DNA of 64,000 bases from Octopus vulgaris (GCA_951406725.2 OX597815.1:197594001-197658000); one strand, 5' to 3'; counted from the stretch's first letter, positions 27,132 through 42,040 are shown. A program made the numbers and translations. Notes: a model not told the origin generated them from the letters alone.

Positions 27132-27407
27132 TCATAATTAAGGGCAAACGATATGGTAATAATGGAATGTTTTGGAAATTTCTGTCGACCTTTTTTCGAG
27201 TAGCGTGCATATTGTGAAAAAAATTATATGGTTAATGGACAATATGTCCAATTTTTCGGCCTATCTGGCATGAGAAATTCTTTCGTTTGCCCTTAATTAT
27301 GACTTGTTTATAATTTTAACCTTTAAAGGTATTTTTTGATATGCTGGCCATTGATAAAATGTTTTTTCGAAAAGCATATTATTTTCGAAAAATTTTTATC
27401 CTACATT

Positions 27408-27410
<3 letters not shown>
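27129..27410 (+). mobile_element. (TA)n-flanked PLE-terminus fragment with a 20-bp 5' inversion
   Basis: 27132-27151 is the reverse complement of 27283-27302. The body is homologous to 46113-46340. Confidence 0.7.
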
Positions 27411-27444
<34 letters not shown>

Positions 27445-27448
<4 letters not shown>

Positions 27449-27827
27449 AAGCGACTCCGTTAATTGATTAATGAAAACCTTACATCGTTGCAAAGAAAAC
27501 CGTTTCGTCAGATGTCTGCATGGCCTTCAACCACAATGGACCAACCAACTGCTTTAACATATTCATGATACCAACTAGAGATCAAATATTTACGTTGAAA
27601 CTGCTGGCAGAACGAATGTTAATATTTGAATGCTGTTCCTCTGGCAGAATCAGTGTAACCATTTGAACGCCAGTTGGTGGTATGAACGTGTTAAAGCTGT
27701 TGGTTGTTCCTTTGTGTTTGAAGTCTAAGCAGTCATTTGACGAAAATGGTCCTTTGCAACGATGTAATCCTTTCATTAATCAATTAAATGTGTCACTTGA
27801 AACGGCCGTAATGAATTGACACCTGTA
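27445..27827. mobile_element. MITE with long imperfect inverted repeats (Tc1-like end)
   Basis: 27460-27514 mirrors 27734-27787. Right end CACCTGTA. Confidence 0.6.
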
Positions 27828-28130
27828 CATCTTTGTTACTCATCTGTATTTTATTCAACTACCCTCGAATCTGCACTTCGGAAATATTAGAGAAATTATT
27901 TTTATATAAAGTACATATCTGAACAACCATGAGCGGATCCTTTCTCAATGTTGGGTCGTGTTATCAGCATACACTGCAAGAATATCAAGTGCAAACACTT
28001 CTGCACAGCGTTTCCTACTCTCTTAATATTGTTCAGGTGTGTATGTTACTCCGACGTAAGCAGGTGCTTCACGTTGAGTACCCAATTATATAAATATATA
28101 TATATGTATGTATGTATGTATGTAAGTATG

Positions 28131-28234
<104 letters not shown>

Positions 28235-28458
28235 CCTATGTGTATATATATATATATAAATAATAATAAATATTAGGGAATAAATCCAAATTTACAAGGA
28301 AAAATCAGATTTAAGATTGAATCCAATTTTATAATAAAATATTATATTATAATAAATTAGAGACAAAACCACTATTATGCAAATCAAACAAAGAAAGACT
28401 TAAGCCAATACATAAAATATAAAATAATTTATATAAATTAAAATTTAACAAATGAATA

Positions 28459-28508
28459 ACCACTACGATCGTTTCGTGTCAGCACATCTTAGACATTCTT
28501 CAGGTGGC
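28459..28508 (-). ncRNA. Type I hammerhead ribozyme (mirror copy)
   Basis: Reverse complement of 28569-28618. Confidence 0.8.
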
Positions 28509-28568
28509 TTCTAAACCTTCTTAGCGAGTTATAAACTATAGTTTATAACTCGCTAAGAAGGTTTAGAA

Positions 28569-28618
28569 GCCACCTGAAGAATGTCTAAGATGTGCTGACA
28601 CGAAACGATCGTAGTGGT
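28569..28618 (+). ncRNA. Type I hammerhead ribozyme, canonical core
   Basis: GCCAC-CTGAAGA-aTGTC taagatgtgct GACAc-GAAAC GATC GTA-GTGGT. Palindromic stem III. The first stem II pair is an A-C mismatch. Confidence 0.8.
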
Positions 28619-29889
28619 TATTCATTTGTTAAATTTTAATTTATATAAATTATTTTATATTTTATGTATTGGCTTAAGTCTTTCTTTGTTTGATTTGCAT
28701 AATAGTGGTTTTGTCTCTAATTTATTATAATATATATATATATATCGTGTGTATTTCCATAACTGGTTATCAATTGGAGTCGATTATAACTTGATAGCAG
28801 AACAGAAATTTGTTTTTCTTTTCGTTTCAGACATTCTGTAAAAATTAATCAACGATATTCTGTTTATCGTCTAATTGTTTATTGTCTAAACGTGCTGGCA
28901 GAAACACAACAACGTAATGATATTTTTCGAATCTTTCTGCAGTTAATTGTGCTGTTTAATTTTCTCTATTGTACTTTAATTTTCATTTCACCCTTTTTCT
29001 ATATAGATCGCACTCAAATTGCTTTGTCTATCGGAGACATTAGTCAATCATTTGTAAATTCGCTTTGTGCGTCATTAAAACGACATACTTATAGCAATAT
29101 TTCGGATATCCACACAGCAGCTTCCATATTTAAGCTACAGCTACAGAACAACCTTGTGTAAACTAGTCATCGTCATGCGCTCGGCTGTCCTTCTTAGTGC
29201 AACTACATTTCCAGCCAACTCTACACAGGGCAAGTTAGCACGCTCTCATTTCCTGGATAATATTAGGCCGATTGCACTTACAAATTATACGATCAGTAGT
29301 TAGTGTATGCTGCTTAGTATTTATAATAATAGTTTTGTTGATACTTATTTCTGATTTCTCCGTTACTTCCTATTACTAGATGTGTTTGCAATACGTTTTC
29401 CTTTTTTCCCCTGTAGCAATGGTCATCTTCATTATTCTCTCCAAAATTCTTCGCTGCTGGCAAAAATAAGCTAGCATTTAAATGGCAAAATTATGTTGAT
29501 AATTTAGGCGAATACTTTGATTAACTGCATCACATATTGTGCAGATAAAGTAAAATAAAACTTTCAGTTCAAAATCGGACATTCCATTCTTAATGACCTG
29601 ATATTTTTATTTGCTTGAGTTTTTATTAGGAAGCAATAAAAGCGTTTCTTTAAATTCAAATTCAAAAGAATTTATCGTCATTTCATATACAACGAATATT
29701 TACTGTCAAATGTTATTGGCATTCTATTTTCCATAGCTAAGACATTAACAACAGTGTAGTGTAACATATATCAAAGGAAACATAATTGTAAATATTTTAT
29801 TTACAGTAAGACGAGTCACCAATCAAATATTTCAAGTAAAATCTGAAAACGAAATTGCGATGCATACAAAACAAGCGATAATCTAGTAC

Positions 29890-30015
<126 letters not shown>

Positions 30016-31479
30016 CTCTCTCGCTCTCTCTGTATATATTTACATAGAGCTTGGACCAAAACTCCCGCACCAAAACAATTGATATTTTATTTATAATACA
30101 TCGCCACACCACTGATGCTACTACTACTACCACCACTAAAACTAAAACCACCGCTATTACTACTACTATTGTTCTTGCTGTTGTTATTCATTTTCTTAGT
30201 GTACCTGCCTAAGTGGGATTCGAAAACGAATAACAATCGTGTTTTATCTTCATTTTGGGAGATTAATCAGAAACATTTGACCCTGAATGACCTTTGTAGG
30301 TCACTGAAGAGTCAATCCTTTGTTTTAGGTGTGACCTACTTCCTGACCATTTCCTATATAACTGAGATCATCTCTCTCTGGCCCCCTTTGGTTAACTGAT
30401 AATAGAGAGCACGTATCTCTGTCCGTGTCAGCCGTTAACCAGGAGAAATAGTATCGGCCAAATAAAAAGGGACAACGTAATCCTACCCTTTCCTTATCTC
30501 TGTCAGCTGAATGCACAGCTTACACACTACCAATTACCACCGATCCACCAACATATCATTACTATTGTCAATTACTATTATGTATATTTTACTAACCACT
30601 GCTGGTATATAAATTTGTAACTACTATTCATTTCTTCTCCGATGGTGTTATTATACTGTTTCATTCATACCCATACATCTGTCCGTTATATGCGTGTCTA
30701 GTCATCGTTAATTTGATTTTTTTTTTTTCATTTTAGAAAACCTGAAGCTTTCCTTTGACAATTCCTGAGCGTTCAGAACTTAATTTCAGCGTTACTTTTG
30801 ACCGACCACCCTGTATTTATATATATATATATATGTATTTGTGCGACTATATATACAGAACTCGATGTAAAATGATAGTGTATGTGCAGTATAAGTAAGC
30901 GTCGAATTAGTGCCGATACTTGTCAGAATATTTTCTAAAACACCCAACCAGAGTCAAGACGCCCATCAGAACAGTTACTAAAGAGAAATATATAGCAAGA
31001 GCATGTAATAAAGAAAAACGGACAACAAATAATGGTAGGGATTCATTTATATAATGTTACGTAATTAATTTCATTTTATGAAAGAAGTATATTTTGCTTA
31101 CAGTTGTTACAGTTGTTTTCAAAGTTTGATGCTTAATAATCAAAGCGGTTTACAGAGTCAAACAATTTATTTTGTACAGCAAATGAGCAAAGATATTACG
31201 GTTATCTAGAATTGTAGTTACCGTAGTCTCACTCTTTCTCTCTCCCTATATATATATGTAAATTGTCAATTTATAGGAAAGATTCTATACAAACATAAAT
31301 ACATATGTATATTTATATGGTTGGTGTATACTTTTATACTTATTCATTTATGTATCTATATAAACCAACACTCTCATATACAGACACACACATTCACACA
31401 CACACACACACACACACATTCACACACACACACACAGACACACACATACACACACACATACACACACACACACACACAC

Positions 31480-31525
<46 letters not shown>

Positions 31526-32067
31526 TAATTTTATACTCAGGTATACACCTTGTATTGTGCTCTTTAAAGCCTGTTCACTGTATTCGGTTACCTGATGTCA
31601 GCAACACTATGGAAGCATATGCCACTGGATTAGCTTCAAGGTTTCCTTTGTGTATATAAAATGGAGATATACATAAAATGGAATTCTCGAGGCTCTTCAT
31701 TCAGAATCATTGTACGATTATTTCGAGCCATCATGCACCCGTGCGTTATATGTAAGAGACCACGAATAATTATCAAGCGTCATAGGAGCAACTGCATTAG
31801 CGTTGTGGAAAAGCACCTAACTTTTTAATTACTGTTTCGCTTATTTCTATAACAATATATTTTAGTTCATGTAGCATACTATCCGTCACCATAAAGACAT
31901 TATCTGCACCAATGCCGCTGGTCAATTGCTGCGATAACATCTCAACTGTATTTGAAACGATCGTAGTGGTTCTGAATATAGAATCTCGTGAATTCCATCT
32001 CCTGTTTCACACATTTGTATATGTATGTATATATGTATGCATGTATGTATGTATGTATGTATGTATG

Positions 32068-32098
<31 letters not shown>

Positions 32099-32829
32099 TT
32101 ATGTATGTATATATGTATGTATTTATGTATGCATGCATGATTTTATGTATGTGTATACATATACGAATATGAACTGAAAGCATATAACACAACGTATGCC
32201 GATCGCCATTTTTTAAAGCAACACTTTACATTTTAAAATAACAGGTAGTATTCAATGTTTTTGAAATGATATAATTTATAATATTTTTCATGTATTTAGC
32301 GTAGCTATTTTTTTTGAAATTACACAGATCAATCTGAATAATTAAACTTCGTAACATTTAAGTGTAAACAATGATTCTATCTATTTTTTTTATGCCAGCG
32401 GAGAAATCAATTTTATCTCCAAGTATTACTAATGTCTTTTTTAATATCTTGAGAGAGGTTCTATGTACAATATAAACCAAGTTATAATACAACATGTAGT
32501 GTATTTTTCCAAACATTAAGTTTTGTAGGCGTTATTCCTTTAGACGTTACGTACCTTCATGGGCATTTATTCGAACGAAAAAGGAACACAGTCCAATCCT
32601 ATTTTTAACTATCGCTTATATCGGCAAGGTCAAGCTATATTTCATCATTTCACTGAGATTGACTTCTACTTAATTCCAAGTTTGATATTTGAATATAGTT
32701 CCCTGCATATGTATGAACTTCCAGATTCTACGCGGACAGAGATACCAACAGAGACATCCAAACAACAAGCACACAGACATACAAATGCACACACATACAC
32801 TTTTATATATATATACATATATATATATC

Positions 32830-33070
32830 TGTAAAATAATATGTGACAATTATTTGGATGCCGACGTGGAAATCCGCAACACCATCTCTTCGGAAATCTG
32901 GCCAGATAACCGAAGAGTTGGTGTTGTGGATTTCCACCTCGGCGTTCGAAACTCTGTGTTTTATCTTGGCTACCGAATAATTGTCACACATCATTTTACA
33001 AATAAATTTCCTCTATTTACATAATATTGAGGTCTATTTCTTTCTTTTGTTATCTTACCGTTTTTACCAA
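32830..33070 (+). mobile_element. (TA)n-flanked foldback element
   Basis: Inverted arms centred on ATCTGGCCAGAT (32896-32907), extending to TGTAAAATAATATGTGACAATTATT / AATAATTGTCACACATCATTTTACA. Confidence 0.75.
32904..32966 (+). ncRNA. Hammerhead motif, U4C core variant
   Basis: AGATAA-CCGAAGA-imperfect stem II-GAAAC TCTGT GTT-TTATCT. Perfect 6-bp stem I. Confidence 0.65.
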
Positions 33071-33094
33071 TATATATATATATATATATATATA

Positions 33095-33500
33095 TTAATA
33101 AGCGGAACAGATATTTATATATCCAGTTTTATTCTATAGTCAATTACGTCGTTCCATTGCTGAAACTACATGCTTTTGCAAAATTTTGCAGTGTGCACAA
33201 TAATCAGCGGAAACATATGTAGGTGCAGAAATGAAAAGGTGTAATTGACTGCAGAATAAAACTGAATGTATAAATCTCTGTTCTCCTTACAATTCATTTA
33301 TTATTTATTCTCTACCGACAGCATGAAATCTCTATAGAGACATGGATTTACCGATGTGAAGATCTACTGAGGATAGTAAAATAACTAACTGGAGTGTTTC
33401 TATACTCACGGAGGTTAGCCAGCATTATTAAATTCATTACCGGTAAAGTGAATACGGTACCCGGTAAAATTGTATATCCCCAACAACTTAATTTAGAAAT
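33095..33500 (+). mobile_element. (TA)n-flanked foldback element with eroded HHR
   Basis: 33104-33147 mirrors 33241-33284. Inside lies TGCAC...GAAAC ATAT GTA GGTGCA. Confidence 0.6.
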
Positions 33501-33521
33501 TTATATATATATATATATATA

Positions 33522-33724
33522 GTCGCCATGTTAGATCGTTAGCCACTACACACATTTTTTTCTCTCCTTGTTTCTCTCCTTGTTTTTTTCTGTATCCCTT
33601 TCTGTAGAAGAGTGTAGGCTCGAAACGTAAAATACTTTTTCTATTCCTGAGCGTTATACTAATACATCTGCTTGTTTTGTACACCACCTGTCTTCGTCTT
33701 TTATTTTTTCGTAAACTCTCCCTA
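33522..33724 (+). mobile_element. Family H PLE-terminus repeat (variant HHR-like motif 33598-33633)
   Basis: TTT-CTGTAGAA-GAGT GTAG GCTC-GAAAC-GTA-AAA. (TA)n on both sides. Confidence 0.75.
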
Positions 33725-33744
33725 TATATATATATATATATATA

Positions 33745-33807
33745 TTTATTTATTTTATAGAAGGAGCTTCTACAGGACTAGAACTGTTTCATTCAAAAGA
33801 AATCATC

Positions 33808-33808
<1 letters not shown>
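33745..33808 (-). mobile_element. Truncated copy of the 63600-63900 HHR element
   Basis: Near-identical to 63665-63725. Truncated inside the CTGATGA core. Confidence 0.8.
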
Positions 33809-33880
<72 letters not shown>

Positions 33881-35959
33881 TGTGTCTGTGTGTGTGTGCG
33901 CTCGCGCACGCATGTGTCTGTGTGGATAACTGCACGTGCATGCGCATAGAAACGAAGCGAACTAGATCTCTGTCGATTTGCTTAGTTTTTTTATCCTCTC
34001 CAGTAAATACCATTTTGAATAGTCTTGTATATATCTGACAATTACACGTTTACTATGCTCCTAAGTTAATTCTTCGGCGGAATCAACACGATACGATGTT
34101 TGATGTGGTTAGACACTTCGAATAAGGTATTTAATCCAAGCGATGTACTTTGAAATAAATTTCGTTCACGCGATTTCCCTCACAAGTGAATGATTGTACT
34201 GATGCTATGATAAATAACATTTTCGAATGATAACACACTCTGGAACTTAGTTTGGACAACATGAATACTAAGTAAATATTCGGTCATAAACGCAAACACG
34301 CACTCACATCGATTCGCTGAAACCTGCCCTGCAATCCATTAGCTAATTTTCACTTACCAACGTAATATAAACAGAAGCTTGTATAATTAATCTATCCTTT
34401 ATCAGATTAATTTACTTTCCTACTACTTTGTACCGCTTGTGTATTTTACCTCTCTATTCACTTAATAAACTCCGTTAGTTACTATAACCACACACGCTTC
34501 TAAGAAATTTTTCGAAATCCCAAATCGTAAACACCCTGAGCATTGTTCTAGTTGAACTTCAATCTTTTCAAACCAATCTCCTTAGAGGACCTGTAAGCAT
34601 AAATATCGAAATATGGTATAGTAATTTAGAAATTGTAAATTTAGTAAGAAATAAGTTTTTTAATATTATGTTGATATTTTTCGCGGTACTTAGCCGTAAG
34701 AATAAGCGATATCACGAATTCCATGGGCATTCTTCAGAACAACACGTGCATTTGCTGTGTGCCTTGTGTTTATCGATTAGAGATTTCTAGACTCGGGTGG
34801 AACTGCATTAAAGTTGTCAGATAATAGCTGTATCTATTAGTTCAAATCTAGAGCCTCCGTGATGTCTACAGCGATCACAATATCTTACGTAATAACACAT
34901 TGTATGATATTTGTATCAATATCAAGGGTACCTGTTATTTTGTTATGATACAACACATGACTTCTCTATAACGATTGGGAAAAGAGCAGAATCTAAATGA
35001 TGATAAATGAAAATCTCATCCAACAAATTATTACATATTTTTTCTAATAAACAACGGTTAAATATTAACGATAATTATATAAATGGCATCTTAAAGATGT
35101 AAATCAAATGTTGAACAATAATTCATGTGAAATCAAAATATAGAAGTGAGAAACGAAATTCTGTAAATCAATTTACAAAGTGCCCTCTACATTCAGCTAG
35201 TTCACTACCCTCAGGTTCTCATGGTCATTAATAATTCATCCATGAAACATTACTAATATGAATACTATAAAATCTGATTATTTGAATGCTACAATCGGCC
35301 AGGTTTCTATGTAATTTCAATTTGGACGCAGGATGTACGTTTTGCTTCTAGTGAGGCAATTTTAATTATTACAATATTGATTTCATTTATATCAGTAAGT
35401 CGAGGTTTTGTAAGGAAAAGTCGTACAGCATATTAAAGCCACTAGTGCTTCTCGTTTTAACAAACCCAGTGATAAAATTCACAATCAACCCCAGCGGGAC
35501 TCACATTTAAAAGCTTCAGATGCGAACAACGTATAATTATAATATATAGATTCAATCCGATATATGAAATATTTAAATTTCAGTACGTACTCTTCGGGAG
35601 TTTTCAAATATTAATACTATCCACTCCAATATATTAATAAGTTTAAGAACTGGATTTAGAATTTCTATGCATTGACAATGCAAAATTGATAGGTTGCTTA
35701 AATGCAAAAGATATAAAACACAAAAAAGAAAACCACGTAACACCACTGAGTGCAAAATATTTGCATATTCTCCTCTTCGTTCTTTCTCCCCCTGCTCTCC
35801 CTCTCTCTCTCTCTGTCTTTATATATATGCATACACACACATACACATTAATATTTCGCTTAGTTATACTGAGACTAAAACCTGATGTAAGTCTCAATAT
35901 ACGTAAGGTACAGAACACAAATACTTATGTAACATTGTATTTTATATATATATTTCTTT

Positions 35960-36311
35960 TTTTCTTCTTTTTACTTGTTTCAGTCATTTTGACTGCGGCC
36001 ATGCTGGAACACCGCCTTTAATCGAGCAACTCGACCCCGGGACTTATTCTTTGTAAGCCCAGTACTTATTCTATCGGTCTCTTTTGCCGAACCGCTAAGT
36101 GACGGGGACAAACACAGACACACAAACATACACGCACATACATATATATACATATATATGACGAGCTTCTTTCAGTTTCCGTCTACCAAATCCACTCACA
36201 AGGCTTTGGTCGGCCCGAGGCTATAGTAGAAGACACTTGCCCAAGATGCCATGCAGTGGGACTGAACCCAGAACCATGTGGTTGGTAAACAAGCTACTTA
36301 CCACACAGCCA
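35960..36311 (-). mobile_element. SINE family A
   Basis: Collinear, with an internal deletion. Confidence 0.9.
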
Positions 36312-36639
36312 CACATAAGAAAACCTTCACATTTCTCTACCCGTGTTAGTAACTTTATCCATACCAAGGTGGATAGTGTGCTTTTGATGCCCATCCTGTT
36401 TCCCTGGGAGGTAAATTTGAGTCCCAGGGGCGGTTTTCTACTTTTGTTCCTTAACTCAATATTTCGCGCTTTTTAGTATTAGAATTAAGAAGAATTATTT
36501 CGCGTTTTCTCGAAGTCTATAAGTCTTGATGACGTTAACAATATATGTGTGTCTGTATATGTACATGCGCACGTGTGTCCGTGTGCATATTCATATATAC
36601 GTATATATATATATGTATATGTATGTATATGTTGTGTAT

Positions 36640-37064
<425 letters not shown>

Positions 37065-37149
37065 GTGTGTGTAAATGCATACACACACACTAACACGCAG
37101 ACACACACACAAACACACATACACATATATACATATAGATGTTCTTTTT

Positions 37150-37315
37150 AACTGTTACTTGTTTAAGTAATTTGACTGTGGCCATGCTGGAGCACTGCTT
37201 TTAGTCGAGCCTAGTACTTATTCTATCGGTCTCTTTTGCCGAACCGCTAAGTTACTGGGACGTAAGCACTGCAGCATCGGTTGTGAAGCGATGTTGGGAG
37301 GACACACAAACACAT

Positions 37316-37383
<68 letters not shown>

Positions 37384-37559
37384 ATACATATATACGACAG
37401 GCTTCTTTCAGTTTCCGTCTACCAAATACAGTCACAAGGATTTGGTCGGCTCGTGGCTATAGTAGGAAACACTTGCCCAAGGTGCCACTCAGTGGGACTG
37501 AATCTGGACCCATGTGGTTTGTAAACAAGCTACTTACCACACACCCTCTCCTACGCCTA
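37150..37559 (-). mobile_element. SINE family A
   Basis: Collinear with the other A copies. Confidence 0.88.
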
Positions 37560-38962
37560 TGTATATATGTATGCATGTGTGTGTATGTATGTGTGTATAT
37601 GTGCATATGTATAATTAATTTTACTGATTACAAGTGTATTTGCAAATACGTCTTTAAAAGGAAAGTTAATTCACATTTAGACGTTAATATACAGAATTAT
37701 GAAATAGTTTCAGTTCCAGTATATTATTTCGGAATATATTTTATACGATATAGCTAAATTTTCTGTTCAGAATCCAGAAGAATTACTATAATTACATATA
37801 AGTGATATTTCATATAGTTAAACAGTTTATATTTTGAAAGCTCTAATCAAAAGTAGTTATATATTTTTGATATATTTTCATGGGTTTTAAAGATATCTCT
37901 AAAGATAATGAATGATATAAATGAAAAGATATTTGCAAGTATTACTATGGTGTGAAATCATTTTTGCACTTTATACTGTTTTCCTCGAAAGACAGTCCAA
38001 TAATTTAATTCAAAATGAAACTGTTTAATACAGTTATATAACAATATTCCTTTCATAAAAATTCAAGTTGGAATAATCTAATACATTCCAAAGGTGTGTT
38101 AAAATATTTGTTGATATATCGGTAGCAGATATTATTTAATACTACACAGTCAATATATAATATGTGCGCAATTGTAAATGCGTGTATGCAAAGGAAAACT
38201 AACAACTATTCAATTATTTCGAAAAACAACCAAAAAGATAACATTGTTATTCTTCCTGCTACATTAGTAAAGTTAGTCTAACATTATATACTATTGTTTC
38301 GGCTATTGTGTAAATAGAATTTTTTGATTTTTTTTTTTCTTTGCGTCTACCTAAATAACAGAGATATAATTATATGAATCTGTGTCGAATATAATATGAA
38401 ACTCATATAGCATCATTTCAATATATTTTCATATATCTATTGCTCTTTCTACTTATTTGTGCAAATCTGTAAATTTGTGTATAAATGTGTATATATTAAA
38501 TAAGAATTAGTAGGAAAATGATGGCAATATGGAATATATTGAATATATCAACATATTGGATATGATTAATATAATTATCCGCACACATTTATTAAACGCA
38601 GAGTATTGGATATCTACAAAGAAATCGTGTTTACTGTAATCTTTTGTAATATTTGATATTATATTACATCAAAGATGTCTTTAAACATATATGCATTATT
38701 TGCTTTCTTCTATTAAAATTAATTGCATCTATGCTTTCAAAGCTAATATGCCTTTGACTCAAGTGTATATTTAATGTACACTAAGGTTATATTGTGTTTT
38801 AGTAATCATACATTCTGTTCTGCAATAAATAACGAATGATTACCAGCGTTTTCTTCATCATTCATACATTTATATTCCTACTGCTGTAATATATACATAT
38901 ATATGTATGTGAGAGAATGTTTATGTGTGCGTGTGCTGTGTGTATATATGTACTTATATACG

Positions 38963-38993
<31 letters not shown>

Positions 38994-38994
38994 G

Positions 38995-39027
<33 letters not shown>

Positions 39028-39859
39028 TACACGAACACTTTTATAAAACCAAACCTTGACGTATCTTCTGTATAATGTATAATTCTGCATTTGACCTCCA
39101 ATACACCAAAGAAAATGTAACCATTAGACTATGCATCAAATGAAGAATAATTCTTTTTCATTTCCAATCTGCACATGATTGAAATGAATGTAGAAATCCC
39201 TAAAAGGAATATATGGTCATCATTAGTATGTTTCTTCTCTTTTTAACAATCCCAAGAGAAGTAAAGAACGTGGATTCTGAGGTGCGAATTTCTCGGGACT
39301 TATCAAAATATCATGAAGCACTGATGACAATATACACTTCACTTTCTACCGTAATATTGGTTTCTAATTAAGACGGAAGGCTACGAATTGTGACAAAGGG
39401 AACAATACTTTCAGAGCAACTCGTCTTTGATTGCTAATATACTTTATTGCACAAACAAAGATCAAATGTACGCTATGTCTTTGTGGGGTTTCGTATAAAA
39501 ATCTAATGAAGATCAGCAAATTAACACAAGGTATCTTGCCTGATTTTCTACTAATATAATCCCGTATGACTTTCTATATTAATGCTTTCTATTTCAGGAA
39601 GAAAACCAGTACGGGATGTGGAAGACGATTTCATCATTCGATTTCGTGTGTCGTACTTTATTAAATTGACGCTTGTGGGATTTGTACTGAGAACATTAAG
39701 GGACAGCGGAAATACAGCAGGGCATTTTGTCCGATGACTTTCATTTGACTATTCTACAGATTGGTCACAGTACTTGTCATGGCTAGAGTGATAAATAATA
39801 CATTATGAAACGAGCAACAAATCCGTGCTGTAAGGTTTCGTTCCTTCATTCCTTAGTGT

Positions 39860-40700
39860 CTCTTTAGTTTCTTCCAGTCCAAACATTTTACTTATCCAGT
39901 TGTGCGGCATCATGTGATAAGTTTTATTTTTATAATCCATTTATGATATATTCAATCCTGGTAATGTGCAGCGCAATATTCTTATTAAACTGTGTGTCTT
40001 AAGTTGCTCTACGTTGCCTCTTGCATCTTTTCTGTCCCACTCATAATATAACTTTTCCGTCAAGACACCGGTCAAAAACTTCCACTCAAATGGTAGATAG
40101 GATATAGGTCGAACGTTTGACAGTAATTTACATTTCAACGGATTCGTAAGGCACAGCAGCGTCCATCGATTTGTCACCCAAGTATGAACGTGTATTTACT
40201 GCAGGCATTTCTCAAAGTGTAGTGCAATTCTTCCTTGCAACTGTAACATTTACAGCCAATGACCTTGTACTCCGTTCCCACCCTGGTTCTTGCCAATTTA
40301 CTACATTTTTCAACTCCAGTTTCACTGAATACAGATCTCTTCTGACGTGCTTTGTTACTTTGTCGCACAGCCTGTTGTAGCCGCTCTTCAATTTATTTAT
40401 ATCTCACTGGCCCGTTCCAAATTTCTCCCAAAATGGCTTTATTTGCAGCAGCATCAGAAATCAAATCCGACTGTTGATCTCCCACTCTATGTCCTTAAAC
40501 AACCTTAACTGAAAACATCTTTTCTGTTCAAAACCTTTTCAGTTTGGCCTTTACGTCCATTAAATTATTATTAATATTTCCGAAACTTATGCTATTTCAT
40601 TTCTCCAGTTCTTTCCACGTCTTTTCCAACCTTATTCGTGTTCTTTTCTCCTGTTTGGTTCTTTCTTTTCCTTTCCTATCTTTTCTTCAACTGTCTTACG
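39860..40700 (-). pseudogene. Degenerate non-LTR retrotransposon RT fragment (R4/Dong-like)
   Basis: SNVRPISYLPFEWKFLTGVL, QKGCK and MDYKNKTYHMMPHNWI match the RT motifs NYRPITCL..WKLLT, EQKGC and WIDYKKAYDMVPHSWI. Many frameshifts. Confidence 0.75.
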
Positions 40701-40974
40701 TCAACTACAAAATTAGAGGCGGGTATGGTTAGCTGGTTTCTTGCACTGATATCCTCTATTTCAAGAGATGCTTTATTAAAACCGCAAACAATCCCTCTCA
40801 ACATCTGACTGTGATGCTACACGATTACTTCTACTTGTGATCAGAGATACGCATGTTCTCAGCCACTAAAGGAAATGATCAAACAGTGATGGTCAAGCAA
40901 CTGAGAAGCTAATCTGTAATATTGCGCCGAATATTTGCAGTAGCCCATCTTTAACTTCAAGACAAAGCATTTAC

Positions 40975-41072
40975 ATACATTATTTACATTATTTACATTT
41001 GACGGATATTTGTCCTCATTTTGTTTGTTGTTAACACAACGTTTCGGCTGATATACCCGCCAGCCTTCATCC
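40975..41072 (-). mobile_element. Short repeat with 5'-damaged HHR motif
   Basis: Minus strand: GATGA-aGGCTGG cgggtata TCAGCC-GAAAC-GTT-GTGT. The CT of the core is missing. Confidence 0.5.
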
Positions 41073-41588
41073 TCTGTTTGAAATGATTATCGTTAAAATC
41101 TGGTTTATATTCTATTAGTACAAGCTGGAATAAAATCAGTGCTGACATATTTGAACTCAGTGATTTAAAACCTCTTATAAAATAAGCTATTCTTGTCCGA
41201 CGCAACAGTATGTTCTGTCGGATGCGTCTTTCTTCTGACAATCTAGCCTCAATGCAATGAAATGAAATCTGAAAGGAATTAATGAATTGTATACATCCCG
41301 CTCTGATGACTATTTGAATATCACGAGGGAATATGAAATCTATTATTGGAGTTTCCCTAAATCAATAAAGAAAAGTATTAAACAAAATGAATATTAAAAT
41401 TCGATCGTCCAAAAATGTTATTAGGAATGACAAACACATATAAGATTATAATGATTATGCCATTTGACTAGAGAAAACATCCTGAAAATTGAAATATAAA
41501 CATTGGACATTCACAAACAGGTGCTATTTTTTTAATGAAATGCTACTTCAAGCTGCTAATAGTTTCATTCGATAAATATTATTGATAT

Positions 41589-41752
41589 AGGCGCAGGAGT
41601 GGCTGTGTGGTAAGTAGCTTGCTTACCAACCACATGGTTCCGGGTTCAGTCCCACTGTGTGGCATCTTGGGCAAGTGTCTTCTTCTATAGCCCCGGGCCG
41701 ACCAATGACTTGTGAGTGGATTTGGTAGACGGAAACTGAAAGTAGACTGTCG

Positions 41753-41825
<73 letters not shown>

Positions 41826-42040
41826 TTTCTGTGTTTGTCCCCCTTAGCATTGCTTGACAACCGATGCTGGTGTGTTTACGTCCCCGTCACTTAGCGGTTC
41901 GGCAAAAGAGACTGATAGAATAAGTACTAGGCTTACAAAGAATAAGTCCCGGGGTCGATTTGTTCGACTAAAGGCGGTGCTCCAGCATGGCCGCAGTCAA
42001 ATGACTGAAACAAGTAAAAGAGTAAAAGAGTAAAAGAGTA
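41589..42040 (+). mobile_element. SINE family A, full length
   Basis: Intact head, internal (TA)n(TG)n, (TAAAAGAG)3 tail. Confidence 0.93.

Larger units (their letters stand above)
28343..28734. repeat. ~390-bp essentially perfect spacerless palindrome
   Basis: Centre ACTA|TAGT at 28538/28539. The arms match out to TATAATAAATTAGAGACAAAACC. Confidence 0.95.

Noticed and set aside
30299-30350. CTGAAGA as a hammerhead core
   Set aside because: No downstream GAAA or stems.
31885-31972. GAAACGATCGTAGTGGTT shared with the 28569 HHR
   Set aside because: Probably a decayed relative, but the core is unrecognisable, so it is not called a ribozyme.
41300-41356. CTGATGA...GAAA as a hammerhead
   Set aside because: No U at position 16.1 and no convincing stem I.
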